A DNA stretch of 63,541 bases, counting the filler, from Choristocarpus tenellus KU-1152 (Eukaryota; Protista; Phaeophyceae), in assembly GCA_964200185.2 (NCBI GenBank). It is 6 parts of 6 records of this genome, joined end to end, with 100 filler letters (N's around TTAATTAATTAA, not from the genome) between each part and the next. Parts side by side here need not be neighbours in the genome. Positions count along the whole stretch, not along the records: positions 36,378 to 48,335 come from CAXNAD020002051.1; positions 48,436 to 63,541 come from CAXNAD020001058.1; 4 more parts are not named here. The stretch is one strand, 5' to 3'. Made by a program: the position numbers and the translations under genes. The first letter of the stretch is position 1. Every line of letters begins with the position of its first letter. The notes under the pieces were generated by a model. That model was not told the origin of the DNA. It made no database searches and was given only the letters and a program-made list of their open reading frames with translations. Of this stretch, positions 38,616-63,541 are shown in pieces.

Positions 38616-41600
38616 CTATTTGGGAGATTTTTCTTCCTGGGGTGACCTGGTGCTGGGAATCTCAGTGCATGGCAACCAGCTGGCCACTGATATTTGTACA
38701 GGTTTACGATTCCTGATCTTCAGGTTTCTTGCAGATCGGGCCTTGACACGATTTTTGGCCTTAGGAAAGGTTGGATACACAGAAATATCACCAACTGGCC
38801 AGGTGTAACTCTCAGAGGGGAGACAGAGGGTCGTAAAACTCATGGGGGTGGAGAGACATTGAATACTATCAAACAGGGGTGCAGAATTCTTGGTCATTTG
38901 CTTCTATAGCAGCAATACAAAGCTACAATTGCACTTAGTCGTTAGAGCCTGAGGGACCTCACCATAATAAAACTTCCCCTCCAAACTACATCTGAGCCAA
39001 AATATCTTAGAGGGTAGAGCCACGTCCATTTTGGGGCCAAAATCCAATGTTGCGATTTTGGTGTAATTTTGGCTATTGTGTTTGTTGGAAGTGTCAATAT
39101 CCATGTTCCGGACACACCTTTTCCTAACAAATACACTTTACCTACACCTAAACATTTTAAGTAGGAAAATTTCATAAAAGAACCCAAATGAACAAACAGG
39201 GCTAAGCTTATACCCTCCAAGATACTTTCACTCTCTCCCAGTTGACTGTATTGCTACAGACCTCTAACTTTGTTCAGGTTCAATGTTGATCAGCACCAAT
39301 CCTCCACCCCAAGCCCTTTGATTAGTGGGCTACAAATATGAATAATATATCAAGTTCAATTTATTCAAATATTTTCTGCCTGCAAATCTTTCACCACCAG
39401 AAAACACTAAACCATTTATAGGATTAGAGGGGTCTCCATTTAGTGAACAAAATGTCTAACAAATCCCACAATTGCAGGAGAAAATCAAACCTGTAATTCA
39501 ACGTATTATGTCTATCTACAGTAAAGCATAGACCACTCAGCATCCCCTCAAGCATGGCGTACTGTTTATCCTGCTGCAGATGAGTAGGACTAGTCAGGGC
39601 AAGGCAAGCATCTGCGTGACAATTACCTTTTCAAGGCAACGGCAACATGTAACCAAGACTTCAGACAAAAATAGGATTTGATCCAAAACAAGGCCTTGCA
39701 CATGAATCCCTGTAGTGAAAGGGTTTGCCCATACAGTGTTTTCAGTAAAAAATGTCCTACATCACCATTTCAGCTATGTTTATCACCTTTATTTGGAGAT
39801 TACAGTCTTGGATTGCCCCATTGTCCAACTCGGGGTAGTTGAATCCGTCATGAAATGCGAAGTCCAGACCAAGGATCTCTGCATCCTTGTCCACACGAAT
39901 CGGTATGTGTGCAATCTTTAAAATAAGAAAGAAAAGTAGGGTGTTGGCTGTGGTCCACGCCATAATGGCTAGAACTCCCACAATCTGCAATTCACCGGGG
40001 AGTCAATGGAGAAGTGAGTAAGCAGAGTTTGAGGAATTTCTTGAGATTATGCAACCCTACTTTCAAAGTATTACGTTTGAGGTAGCTGAGCTTGTACCTG
40101 TAGCTGAAGCAGGTCATATTTCTACAATGGATCGTAGAGGTGTGAGTTAAGATTACGGCAAGGTTAAGGGTGAAGTTTAGGCACTGCACAGGAATAGAAC
40201 GGATTATCACTGCTTTAATTGCCCGATATCTGAAGCAAAGAAAATGATCAAATGTTACCATCCTCAACACTCTCCACGAGGTTTGTTGAAGACTCATTTC
40301 TGAGTACTGTCATTACTCAATGTCTTAGTCTTGAGCATGGAACAGGTTAGGGCTATGTTGTGTGGTCTGGTTGACAAAAGAGACTTCGAGGAGACCTCAA
40401 GATCAGTGAGATGGAGCACAATAGAGATATATTTCTATGTCAGTTAAGAGAAGAGCCTGACCAATACCTTCAAAAACATATATTCAAACCGGTAAGGCTC
40501 TCAAACCCAAGGAACTGAAATGAATAGCCATATGTGAGACCCGTGTGCCAGACAAGGGGGAATCGTGAGCAGGAGACTTGTGGTGTTCTTGCCTGTTTTC
40601 TGAGGAGCATCCCAGAGCTAGGTTTTCTTACCACAACTTTTGAATAAACAAATTGTCAAATAGTGTGTACATTGGAAAGGTAAAGGTAGGCACAACGAGA
40701 TGAGCATTGTCGCAAATTTGGGGCTCGGTCTCGATAGACAGGAGCACCGAAATCAACATGCAACTTGTGTGAGGTTCCGTTAGTACCTGAGCCACCAATG
40801 AGCTACCAGCTGCATAAACCTGCTTGGTCGTAGTATAATCCCAAGGACATATTACACTATGACAAATGCTATCATTGAACCCATAACTTCTGAATAATAT
40901 TGATCCAACCCGCACAATTTTCCCAGTTCCCCCACTGTACTTCTCCTCCTCCTGCCACTTCCCTTCCCTCTCCTTGTCACCAAAGTGGTCCACCATGACA
41001 CTACTAAGATGGCACAAAGGTTCCCCTCTGCTGCTTGAGTCAACATGGTGGTGATCTCCTTCTTCACTTCCCCCACTCAAGAAATTCTGGAAATCCCACC
41101 TCCACAAACAGCACGTTTGCCACTTCCACCAAGTACATAATGGGACTTCCAATAGCATGATGCTTACCTTTGTCCCTCTCCTTGTCACTGTCTGCCCCGG
41201 TGGTATAGTGGTTAATATTTCAAATATGTTTTATACTCAACTACGACCACGTTTACAACCTTAGACAATATCTATTGACAGTTATTCATCCCCTTCTTGT
41301 CTTTGATCAATAATCATGGCACTGTAATCTCGGTGTGCGTATGTCCTGTATGCAGTCATTGTGGAATTTTAATACCTGAGCCACAACCAGGCCTGGTTGA
41401 CCAGTTGTTACCAGTCCCTCCGCTTTTGAAAACAAGCCATAGTAGAGCAGGCCAAGTATGGCACTCGCGCCATGTATCGACACTATGTCCAAGACGTCAT
41501 CGATGTGGAGCTTATGTGCAATCACCCATGACATTGCTGGAAATAGTATAGCTGCTATTACTCCAAGTGTGAGGGCTGATAATTGGTGCAAGTCATGGCA

Positions 41601-43298
41601 CCCACAGGTTACGGCTACAGCCGCAGCTACCATGGAGTTGTTAATCCTGTTGATGTGGATTGGGCTAGAGTTGTGAATGTTTGGGGCAGTAGGCATGCAA
41701 CAAGGCTACAATTTCTAGCGTATGTATGGACACTGCATAGACACACTCAAACTTGAGAAGATGTGACAATCCAGCAACTGCACAGGTATAGACGGGGTAG
41801 TGAAAAACTGTGAGTGGCAATACAATCAAATGGAAGCTTTTGCACCTATCATATATTTGATTGCCTTGATGATGCAGGGATCAATAAGCAGATAAAAAGT
41901 GAAGTGCCTGAGGTTCACAGGTGCGAAGGAAGAGTCGGAAAGAGTACACCAAAAGAAGCGATCAACAAGAGGATCTTCTAAATGCAAGCCATACGGGAAA
42001 TTTTCCATTTTGAAAGGAAGTGAAGAGTACTCACAATGACATGTCGCAGACCCCCCACATTATTTGTGCATAATAGAACGCCGTCATTGCTGCACTGCCA
42101 TAGGCAAGTAGTGTGTTCAAAATTGCAACCCCAGTTGTCCTCATATTCTCCACTGTGGATCCTAATGTTGCGCTACCGACGAATATGAGCCAACCCCAGA
42201 GTAGCAAGAAAGATCCCATGGCCTGCAGACTGGCACTGTGTCCTTGGAGTGTTCGAACCACCTTTTTATCCTGTTCGCACAGAACCAAAGAGTAGAAAAA
42301 ATAGGTGTATTCAACGTGTACTTCCAGGAACCAAAAAAATCACATCAGGTAGATGGTAGGGACAAAACTTTCGTCGTAGAGTGAGGAAATATAGGGAAGA
42401 TCGAAATTCTGTGCATTTTTCGTAAGGGTACGAGAAAGTGCAGACTTTTGTCCAAAGAAATACCCCGCCGACGCAACAGAATGGGGCATTCCTTTACCAC
42501 TCGCCGAATCTCCTTCATTGATGAAGCGACCAATTCTTGGGCCCACCATAATACATGACCACCCGCTCGCAGTTGCACCAGTTAGATGAACGACTCCGCT
42601 CCCTGCAAAGTCAATATATCCCAACTTTGCCAACCACGAGAAAGATGAATTACTCCATGTACAACGAACGACCACCGGGTACATCCATCCTATGGTGAGA
42701 GCCACGAGGTAGAGGTATGCGGCCATATCCATGCGTTCAGCGATTCCGCCCGAAATCATGGTGCCTGCTGTGACCGCGAATGACCAGCTTTGTCCAAGGA
42801 CGGTATTTAAGGGAAGACAGTGACGAGAATATGTATCAATGAAAGACTACTGTGCAATAGTGTTGGAGAAACAGGTTGAGGCATTGAGAGCCAAGGATAA
42901 TTCAGTGTTCCTGAGGAGAGTTTTTTTAAAGCTGCTGGGTGAAACAGTGGCACAAAGAACTCCTGTGACCAACGTGTAGACTATCACAGGGTAGGGACTG
43001 ACATAGAGGAGCGCGTCAGTCAACTGTCACAATACCTGTGGAGGAACCCGACAATGTTTGACTCTTTCACGATGGTGTAGGTTTCCCCGGCCACACCGTA
43101 GCCTACAAGCCACCACATAAGAGTGCCCACAGCGAAGTCAAGCATGCTGTTGGTGAGTTGAGATTTCGAGTTTTTAGAGCGCACAGTACCCGTCTCGATC
43201 AGCATGTAGCCCAACTGCATGATGAAGATGATCATGGTACAAGTGATGAGCCATCCATCATTGAAGGCCTGAGTAACCTCCTCAACAGATTCAGTCAT
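38616..43298 (-). CDS. AMT: Ammonium transporter (Amt/Mep family), divergent, ~464 aa
   Basis: complement(join(38616..38759,39787..39984,41376..41646,42035..42270,42505..42787,43036..43298)). Motifs FIMQLGYMLIETGTVRSKN, ISGGIAERM, DFAGSGVVHLTGA, GPRIGRF, IDDVLDIVSIHG, IRVDKDAEILGLD. The last exon is tentative (the gene may instead stop at 39757). Intron 2 has a GC donor. Confidence 0.92.
38993..39230. mobile_element. Diverged MITE related to the 36712 family
   Basis: AAAATATCTTAGAGGGTAGAGC (~38999) is inverted with GCTTATACCCTCCAAGATACTTT (~39206-39228). Confidence 0.55.
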
Positions 43299-43868
43299 AT
43301 CTCTTCTTTCCTGGCTTCTTGAAACTCACGTTGAGTTTTCATGTAGCACCGTCTGGAATAATATGAATATCCGAGGTTATGATGTGTATATACTTCGACG
43401 GAGAATGTACTTCGTCGTTTTGCCGTTTCTTGTGATAAGTTAGGTGGTATACATATAATATAATTAACAAAAAATAGATACACAAATGGAAGGAACTCTA
43501 TACAACAAAAGATGACATACAATTTACCTTTCAACTTCTATCTTCTTCACCTCCTCACCCATCCATGCCTATACATTAATATCTGGATTATTAGTTTTGT
43601 GGTTGGTGTCTGATTTTGTGATCCCTCAAACCAGAGGTTACTTTTTTCTACTATGTGTGGGACTAACCCTTTCTAGGTTTGTTCTCCAAATCTACTCGGG
43701 GTAGACACTTCAGATAATATATGACCACAAGGTTGTCAACAGTAGTAATCACCAAAAAAAACTTGACACCAATTGTTACAGATGTTTGGGTATGAGGTCT
43801 GGCCTAGGATACCCTCTTTGACACTGATGGTGGCATCATAGTAAAAGTGTGTTGCTAGGGGGGGTGGA

Positions 43869-44293
43869 GTACACAGGGGAACCCACCTTTCTTCAGGAAC
43901 CCCCGTCTTCGGGGAACCCCCACTGTATTTTTTTTTCACTTTTTCGCACCAATTTTTGAAAACCTGATTTTTTAATCTAATTCTAACCCTAACCCTAACT
44001 TGTACGATAAAAATATCCCTGATCAGTCAAGAAAAACATGCTAGGAGTGGTGGAGGAGTATCTATTGTACACTGGGGAACCACAACCTTTCAAGGATCCA
44101 CCACTTTTCCCTTTTTCACACTAATTATTGAGAATCTAACCCTATCCCTATCCCTATCCCTATCCCTATCCCTATCCCTAATAAGTGTGTTAAATATAAC
44201 CCTAACCTCTGCTTGAAGAAGTGAAAAATGTATGCCAGTGGTGGTTCCACAAGACAGTGGGGGTTCCCGAAGACAGGGGGGTTCCCCTGTGCA
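43869..44293. mobile_element. Non-autonomous inverted-repeat element carrying CCCTAA/CCCTAT repeats
   Basis: The left arm CACAGGGGAACCC...GGAACCCCCGTCTTCGGGGAACCCCCACTGT (43872-43926) is inverted with ACAGTGGGGGTTCCCGAAGACAGGGGGGTTCCCCTGTG (44254-44291). Internal (CCCTAA)n at ~43984 and (CCCTAT)7 at ~44140-44180. Confidence 0.7.
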
Positions 44294-44329
44294 GTTCAAC
44301 GCTACCAGCATGCAGCTTTTTTGAGATTG

Positions 44330-45495
44330 CTAGTTGCAACTCTCCCCACCCTCCTACCAAGGCAAAAAGGACCCCTAGCAGAGGGTTTTATCCAGCCCTT
44401 TTGTGCAAGCCCCACAGTCCAGGCCCTAGGATCGTCTATCAACACTCTTTTTGTCATCAGGAGTTCCTTGAAAGACTTGGGAGGAATTATTGGCCAAGGC
44501 CGGGTGGAATGAGCAAGAGCAACAACTCCTGCCCCTGTCCCGAAGGTCCACACTATAGAAGCTCATGATGCCAGGATTACGAGGAGGGTACAGCAGGAAA
44601 TCACCCGCCTTACTATGAGCAGGAACCGTTTTGACTCCTTTCGGACGCAGCTGCCCAAACTTCCAGATGATGCAGAGGAATAAAGGGAGGGATTTTTTTT
44701 GCTAGTATTAGCCTGCCATTGGACCCAATGTAAGGAAGGGGTCAATGCATGGGCTTCCACACAACCCTTAGAACCAGCATGCCAGATTCCTCCTGTAGGA
44801 TTTAGACTCACCGCCAGCATATCCCTATGGAAGGAGGTCCTTGCTAACAGGTGCATGGTAGCCTGGTCCAGGAGGTATATTATCGACATCCGACATGCCT
44901 ACACCTGCCCTAGGGCAGGAGCACAAGGATACTAGTACACGTTTATGGTGAAATATCTAAGCCAACTCTGTAGGAGAAAGAGTATCCCTTGCACTATGGA
45001 GGATGGCAGCACGTTTACAGTGGACTGGAACTTCCACCTGGATGTGGTGTTCCATACTGGGGCACTCTCAGACGCTGGCTCAGCTCCCTACTGTGACAAA
45101 GGCCTCCTTCTGGGTATTATTTTGTCATTTACCACAATCATCCACCAGCAATGGTGTAGGTGTTGCTGCAACTGAGGCATGAAATCACACCCGGTACGAA
45201 GCATCTCTTGAATCGCGTCGTTTTAATCTCAACACCTTCGCGGTGGTAATATTTTGTGCCTTGGCATGCAGAGAGTTTTTTGGACAAGTCAGCCACCCAC
45301 GCATTAGGTGGGAGAGGAGCTGGCGGATATTGTAGGAAAGGGACTATCAAGTCCCGATTGAGAAAGGGATAGTGTCTACCACTGCACCAGTTGCTCTCTT
45401 GAGACGCGTCATGCATTTCACACTAGAGAGTTCAGACAGATGGGCAATAGGGAGCCTGACATATTGTTGGGATATTTCCTTATCTCTTCGCCCAC
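44330..45495 (+). mobile_element. Decayed RLE-type (CRE/R2-group) non-LTR retrotransposon, 3' part
   Basis: Remnant GVNAWASTQPLEPACQIPPVGFRL...RC...HAYTCPRAGAQ (CCHC-like)...IPCTMEDGSTF...LDVVF...KGLLL with many stops and frameshifts. The tail is shared with 22017-22046. Confidence 0.7.
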
Positions 45496-46174
45496 CTTCG
45501 TACGTACGACTAAGTTAGAGAATGTTAAACCCGGTCCTATCAGTGGATATGGGCCTGTTCAATGCACAGTGGACTTGGAGTGGGCATATCAGACAATTGT
45601 GGGACCGATCTGGTTGGTGGATGAGACCATCTTAATTTGATGACCCAGTGAAAACGCCTTATTAATGTAAGCATATAGTCCATATACATGTTGGTGTATA
45701 GAGTACATACCCGCGGTCAAATGTCAGGGAGTCCGTTGGTTGGCAGGGAGTTGGCAGGGGCAGGGATTTTATTCACAGTCATTTTATTGTTCGATGCTGC
45801 AATAGACTTATACCCTACTTTCTTCTGAATAACGACCATATATATGAAAAGGTTCTATATCTGACGCAGGAATCCGATCATCATCACCTCTAACACCGTT
45901 CGTCTTGAAGACGGATCTCTTCGAATTTAATAGTTGCAGGTTAGAGATTTACAAAGTTATTTTTGGTAATGGTTTTTGGTTGGTGATGAATATTTCACAT
46001 CTCAACTTCTGTAGCAACAAGGCCTTCCAAGTACCATAAAAAGATTGTGAGTTTTTGTCATCTTTCCTTAAATTGTAGTGTGAGGACATGTGATACGGAC
46101 TAGATGATACACAGCTGAAGGTTTCTGAACCAAGGATTTTCCCAACATATCAGAGTTCAAATTTAATCTCCTAA

Positions 46175-48313
46175 ATGTCGATACGCGAGGGAGTTTGGCA
46201 GAGCAAGAATGATAAGGAGTTCATCCTCAAATCGCTTGGTAGTGGGAGGCGTGGAGATGGTCGCAAACTACCTGACATGAGACTCCTCAGGCTTGGTTTC
46301 GCTCGAGCAGAAAGTCAATCAAGTGCAGAAGTGCAACTGGGGAGGACGAGGGTCCTTGCTGTCGTCACCGGCGAGGTGCAAGGAATTTGCCAGAAGGCGT
46401 AGATATTAACGATTGACTCGACATTTGTCTGAAGGTTGAAAATGTAATGAAGACTTCCGAGTTTGTTGATATGAACTCCATTGGCAAACTGGTACAAGTA
46501 TGATGTAGATTTGCCTAAAGGGTACGTGACATGAGCACGGCTGAGAATTACTCGTTTAGTGTCCTTTATCGGAGTCTTCAATCTGATAGGAAAAGCTAGT
46601 GGAGTTGACACATCTTGCACGGTGCAAGATGAGGAAATAGATACGTTTATGGTTTTCTCACTGTCCTAGATTGCTATTGGTATCCTGCAACTATCTCTCC
46701 ATATTTGGCGGGTTACGAAGGGTATACATGTCGAGAATTCCCAGAATTTGTCCCTTTCGCACTCCGCAGCATTGAAATCATTGTACTGTACTGCACTACT
46801 CTATAGTTCGAAGAACTTCGTACCTGCTGTATGTTTATAGTAACATTTGGTGATATCCTCCTGTATCATCCTATTCCCACTCTGTGCTTGCGTTCCCCTT
46901 GAATGGGACAACAATTCCTTACACTCGCTGTTATTCCAGGTGGTGCCACCGTTCCCTGATCGACCAACAGAAGGATTCCTCTACTTCAATGTGGAGCTCG
47001 GCCCCATGGCCAGCGCCAGTATGGGAGAGGTGAGTGTGCTTATGTGCATCTCCCTAAGTCCCTGCCTGCTTCGTTCTGTTGCTATCCTATGGTTATATAT
47101 TTGCACCCTTTGAGTATCTGTGGTGTCGGTTTGGTACATACCAATTTATTTTGAATACAAGTTGAATACTACCCAATAGTCGCATTGCACTCAATACACC
47201 CACTCCTCAACCCCAAATATTTAATCTCTATGCACCTCATGTGCTACGCCTTCACATGCAGCGCAATTCTCCCCTTGCGGTGGAGATCGCGAGGGTGATT
47301 GAGACAAGCGTGCGTGACTCCCAAGCGCTGGATACTGAGGCATTGTGCATACTTGGGGGAGAGAAGGTGTGTGTTGCACGAGGAACAGTGGTGCCTTGAT
47401 GCGTCCATTTTGTTTGATGCCCTTGTTGGTCAGAGATGACACTTCCCCTGTACACCCTGTACCTCTTGATTCACAGCACTGTAACGTGTCCCTCTGACTT
47501 AAGCTTGTGTGAATAGCTAGTACCTCATTCGCTAAGCAGATGCAATTGGTGATGATGATTGGAATGATGACGGCAGCAATTGCCCTGCCAATGCACTACT
47601 GCCCTATCTGTGTCAAGGTCGAGGGTACTTCTTGTAATGTGTTACTATCTTTTTGCTACCTCTGGGGAGGTTCTATGCTGAGCAACAGTGTCACCTTTTC
47701 TACAAAGGAGGGTGAAGGGAAAGTATTGCAGCTTCCCGAAATGATGGTACATTTCTTGATTGGAATAATGGTCTTGGTGTCATGCAGAGTCCATGCAGTA
47801 AGTTGAGATGAAGTGCACGATAGGTTAGTGCTAGTAGGTTGGATACTTCGAGATGTGCACTTCCTCATCTTAACATCAATTGGTCCAGGTATGGCAATGC
47901 CATCTGTGCTATGTGTGTCTTCTTTGCAGATACGGCAGCGAGCCCTGGGGCTGTCTTCGTGGAGGACTCTTCTCCATTTCGAGTCGGAAGAGAATCCCCA
48001 TGCATACATAATATAATAATATACATAATATAATAATATACATAATATAATAATATACATAATATAAACACGTGTACATACGCACACATACATAGATGAC
48101 TGGAGCTCGTAACCGTTGAAAGGGAGGCGTTAATGCTCACACTCCCCCTACACGTGCCCTCTCGCAACCCTAACCCTAACCCTAACCCTAACGCGCCACT
48201 GAAAAAGGTGTGGCAGCTGAGATGTGACGTGCACATCCTTGACCATGGAGGGAACCTGATTGATGCCTCCACCTTGGCCACTATGGCCGCCCTGCGACAC
48301 TTTCGAAGGCCAG
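46175..48313 (+). CDS. RRP45: Exosome complex component RRP45 (EXOSC9), 3'-truncated by the contig end
   Basis: join(46175..46375,46940..47029,47262..47366,48208..48313). Motifs RGDGR, EVQLGRTRV, PFPDRPTEG, ALDTEALCILGGEKVWQLRCDVHILDHGGNLIDA...ALRHFRRP. Confidence 0.95.
48166..48192. repeat. (CCCTAA)4 just upstream of the RRP45 exon-4 acceptor
   Basis: Direct reading of the sequence. Confidence 0.9.
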
Positions 48314-48335
48314 GTAATTGCGTCGCAACGTATCC

Positions 48336-48435
48336 NNNNNNNNNNNNNNNNNNNNNNNNNNNNNNNNNNNNNNNNNNNNTTAATTAATTAANNNNNNNNN
48401 NNNNNNNNNNNNNNNNNNNNNNNNNNNNNNNNNNN
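48336..48435. other. Artificial contig linker
   Basis: 44N-TTAATTAATTAA-44N. Confidence 0.98.
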
Positions 48436-48803
48436 CCCCCCTCACCCACCCATCACCACCCAGCCCCAGCTACTACTGAAACCTTCCAAACCCTTGTTTC
48501 TTGTCTTTTTTGTAAAAAAAAAAACTTCCAGGGACAAATTTTGATCTTAGTCAATACCAATACCCACAACTATTGTAAAAAGATCCTCTATCTTTCATAT
48601 CAGCATAAAAATGTCTTAAATCTTTTTCTGTAACAAATTTTCTCTTGAATGAAAATATATAAATTTAACAGACTCCAGAAAAGTCCTAATTGTGATAAAT
48701 CTACATACATATCTGGTTAATGCTGATTGTTTATATACCAATTTTTAAAATATAATCTCTATCAATAAAAATATATATATTCAACTTCAGAAAGTTATCT
48801 CAC

Positions 48804-62146
<13,343 letters not shown>

Positions 62147-63541
62147 AGCTGCTAAGGAACACTTCAGGACTTAGGAGGGAATGACAAGGTGGGGGAGAGT
62201 GAGTCGAAGGATCAAGACTTTGGATTGTGAATCTTGGGGTCAAAAATTCCTGATGGATTGATTGTCCCTCTGCCTGCTCCATCATCGCGAGATATCGCAC
62301 GAGAAACCCATGTACAGTGGAACCCAACAAATAAAGTGATACCCAATAGCAAATTAGAAGAAGATTATTCTACATAATCGGGTGTCCTTTTCACTAGTAT
62401 TGAAAAAGGAAGTACCACCGTCAAGCACTCATTCATTGGATCTGGAGTGATTGTTGCAGTTGTCATCGTCAATGGTTGGTTCCAAGACTTTTCGATGTAA
62501 AGAACAAGTGAACAAGAAAACTAGGAAAAAGCGTCTTTTTCTTAATCGTGGGATGTTAATATAGTAAAATATCACACCTCGTTGTGCATCATGAAAAATA
62601 CTAAAATATGCAGACACCTGCTACATCAAAATGGCAAGACATCATCTTCACCCACAACTAATATTATTATTGAGTGCGTACATGAAGTTAGTTGCTGTAA
62701 CATTGATAGGTTCTAACTTGTACATATTATTTTATTATGTCTATTAACATTTTCCAGATGTGTAACAGAGAAAGCCAGTTCAATATGATCAAGATAGATC
62801 CCCATAAAAGTACTAGTTGTAAATGTTAAGATATCTGTCAAAAAATTATGTACTATTTCAGATATATATTCATATCCCATCCCCTGTGACATTTCGAAGG
62901 TGTGACAGGAAAACATGTACAATTATATGTAACAAATCCACTGTATCGTCTGGAAAAATATCAACAGGAATATAATAATAATATAAGTACTATTGATAAA
63001 TACCCTCTACATACACAGAATATGACATGCGATGTGTGACATGTTCCTTTTTATTATGCCACAACACACATTAATCTCCGTCACAGCATCACAACATCTC
63101 CAAAATGTCATTGGGCATCACGACGTACAGATATAGATATGACAAACCCAATAATTTTCTGTTAAGTATTCCGACGAACTGGCAAAAATATAAACAATTT
63201 CAATGCACCTTGTAATTTCAAAAGGGATCTCAACTCAACTCCTGGAATTCTTCCTCTGTTTCTCGACCACTTTAAGATAGTTCCTGTGTGTGTATCATTG
63301 TGTTTGTTGGTAGGCTGTTTTCTTCGAAATAGATGCAACATGTTTTCCACAATAGTAGTGACAGTACTTTGAACATGTTATGTCATGTAGTAGCAAATAT
63401 CAATACTGTTTTATAGTGTTCTTATGTTTAGGATATTTTATTTCTTTAGGGCTAACAATGACATATATATATTTATATTATTATGCCCTCTGACATTTTG
63501 CAGATGTCAGGGGAAAACCAATGAAAACTACATACATATGT

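Noticed and set aside
40450-41190. pogo-like transposase relic in AMT intron 4 (ORF 40628-41188)
   Set aside because: Weak resemblance only; no catalytic motif was clearly recovered.
43295-43534. Upstream ORF overlapping the AMT start codon
   Set aside because: Non-ATG start in AT-rich promoter sequence, with no supporting feature.
9100-48435. Recurrent TTAATTAATTAA motif as a biological element
   Set aside because: It is always centred in a 100-bp N linker, so it is an artificial contig separator.

Overview
Eukaryotic, intron-rich nuclear DNA, most likely from a photosynthetic stramenopile such as a brown alga or close relative. This lineage call is an inference from a signal-peptide+Phe plastid presequence, a UGPase-PGM fusion gene and the repeat types. 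The window is six contigs joined by artificial 100-bp linkers (44N-TTAATTAATTAA-44N at 9100-9199, 12263-12362, 25656-25755, 36278-36377, 48336-48435), so adjacency across linkers is not guaranteed. Almost all of the supplied ORFs are spurious or are exon fragments. Splicing by hand gives the 3' part of a GT61 glycosyltransferase, the 3' part of THADA/Trm732, a small class-I SAM methyltransferase, glyoxalase II, a hypothetical gene head-to-head with a plastid-targeted Lin0512-family gene, a divergent ammonium transporter, the 5' part of RRP45/EXOSC9, and a 19-exon (3'-truncated) UDP-glucose pyrophosphorylase-phosphoglucomutase fusion. Between and inside these genes lie decayed mariner and RLE-type non-LTR elements, MITEs, a tRNA-like head, microsatellites and interstitial TTAGGG repeats. 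The strongest unexplained signals are window-wide: about 9 of 49 modelled introns use GC donors, and gene 5' ends are CpG-rich islands in an otherwise CpG-depleted sequence. No CRISPR array, rRNA or intact tRNA was seen, and no novel multi-gene system can be supported.
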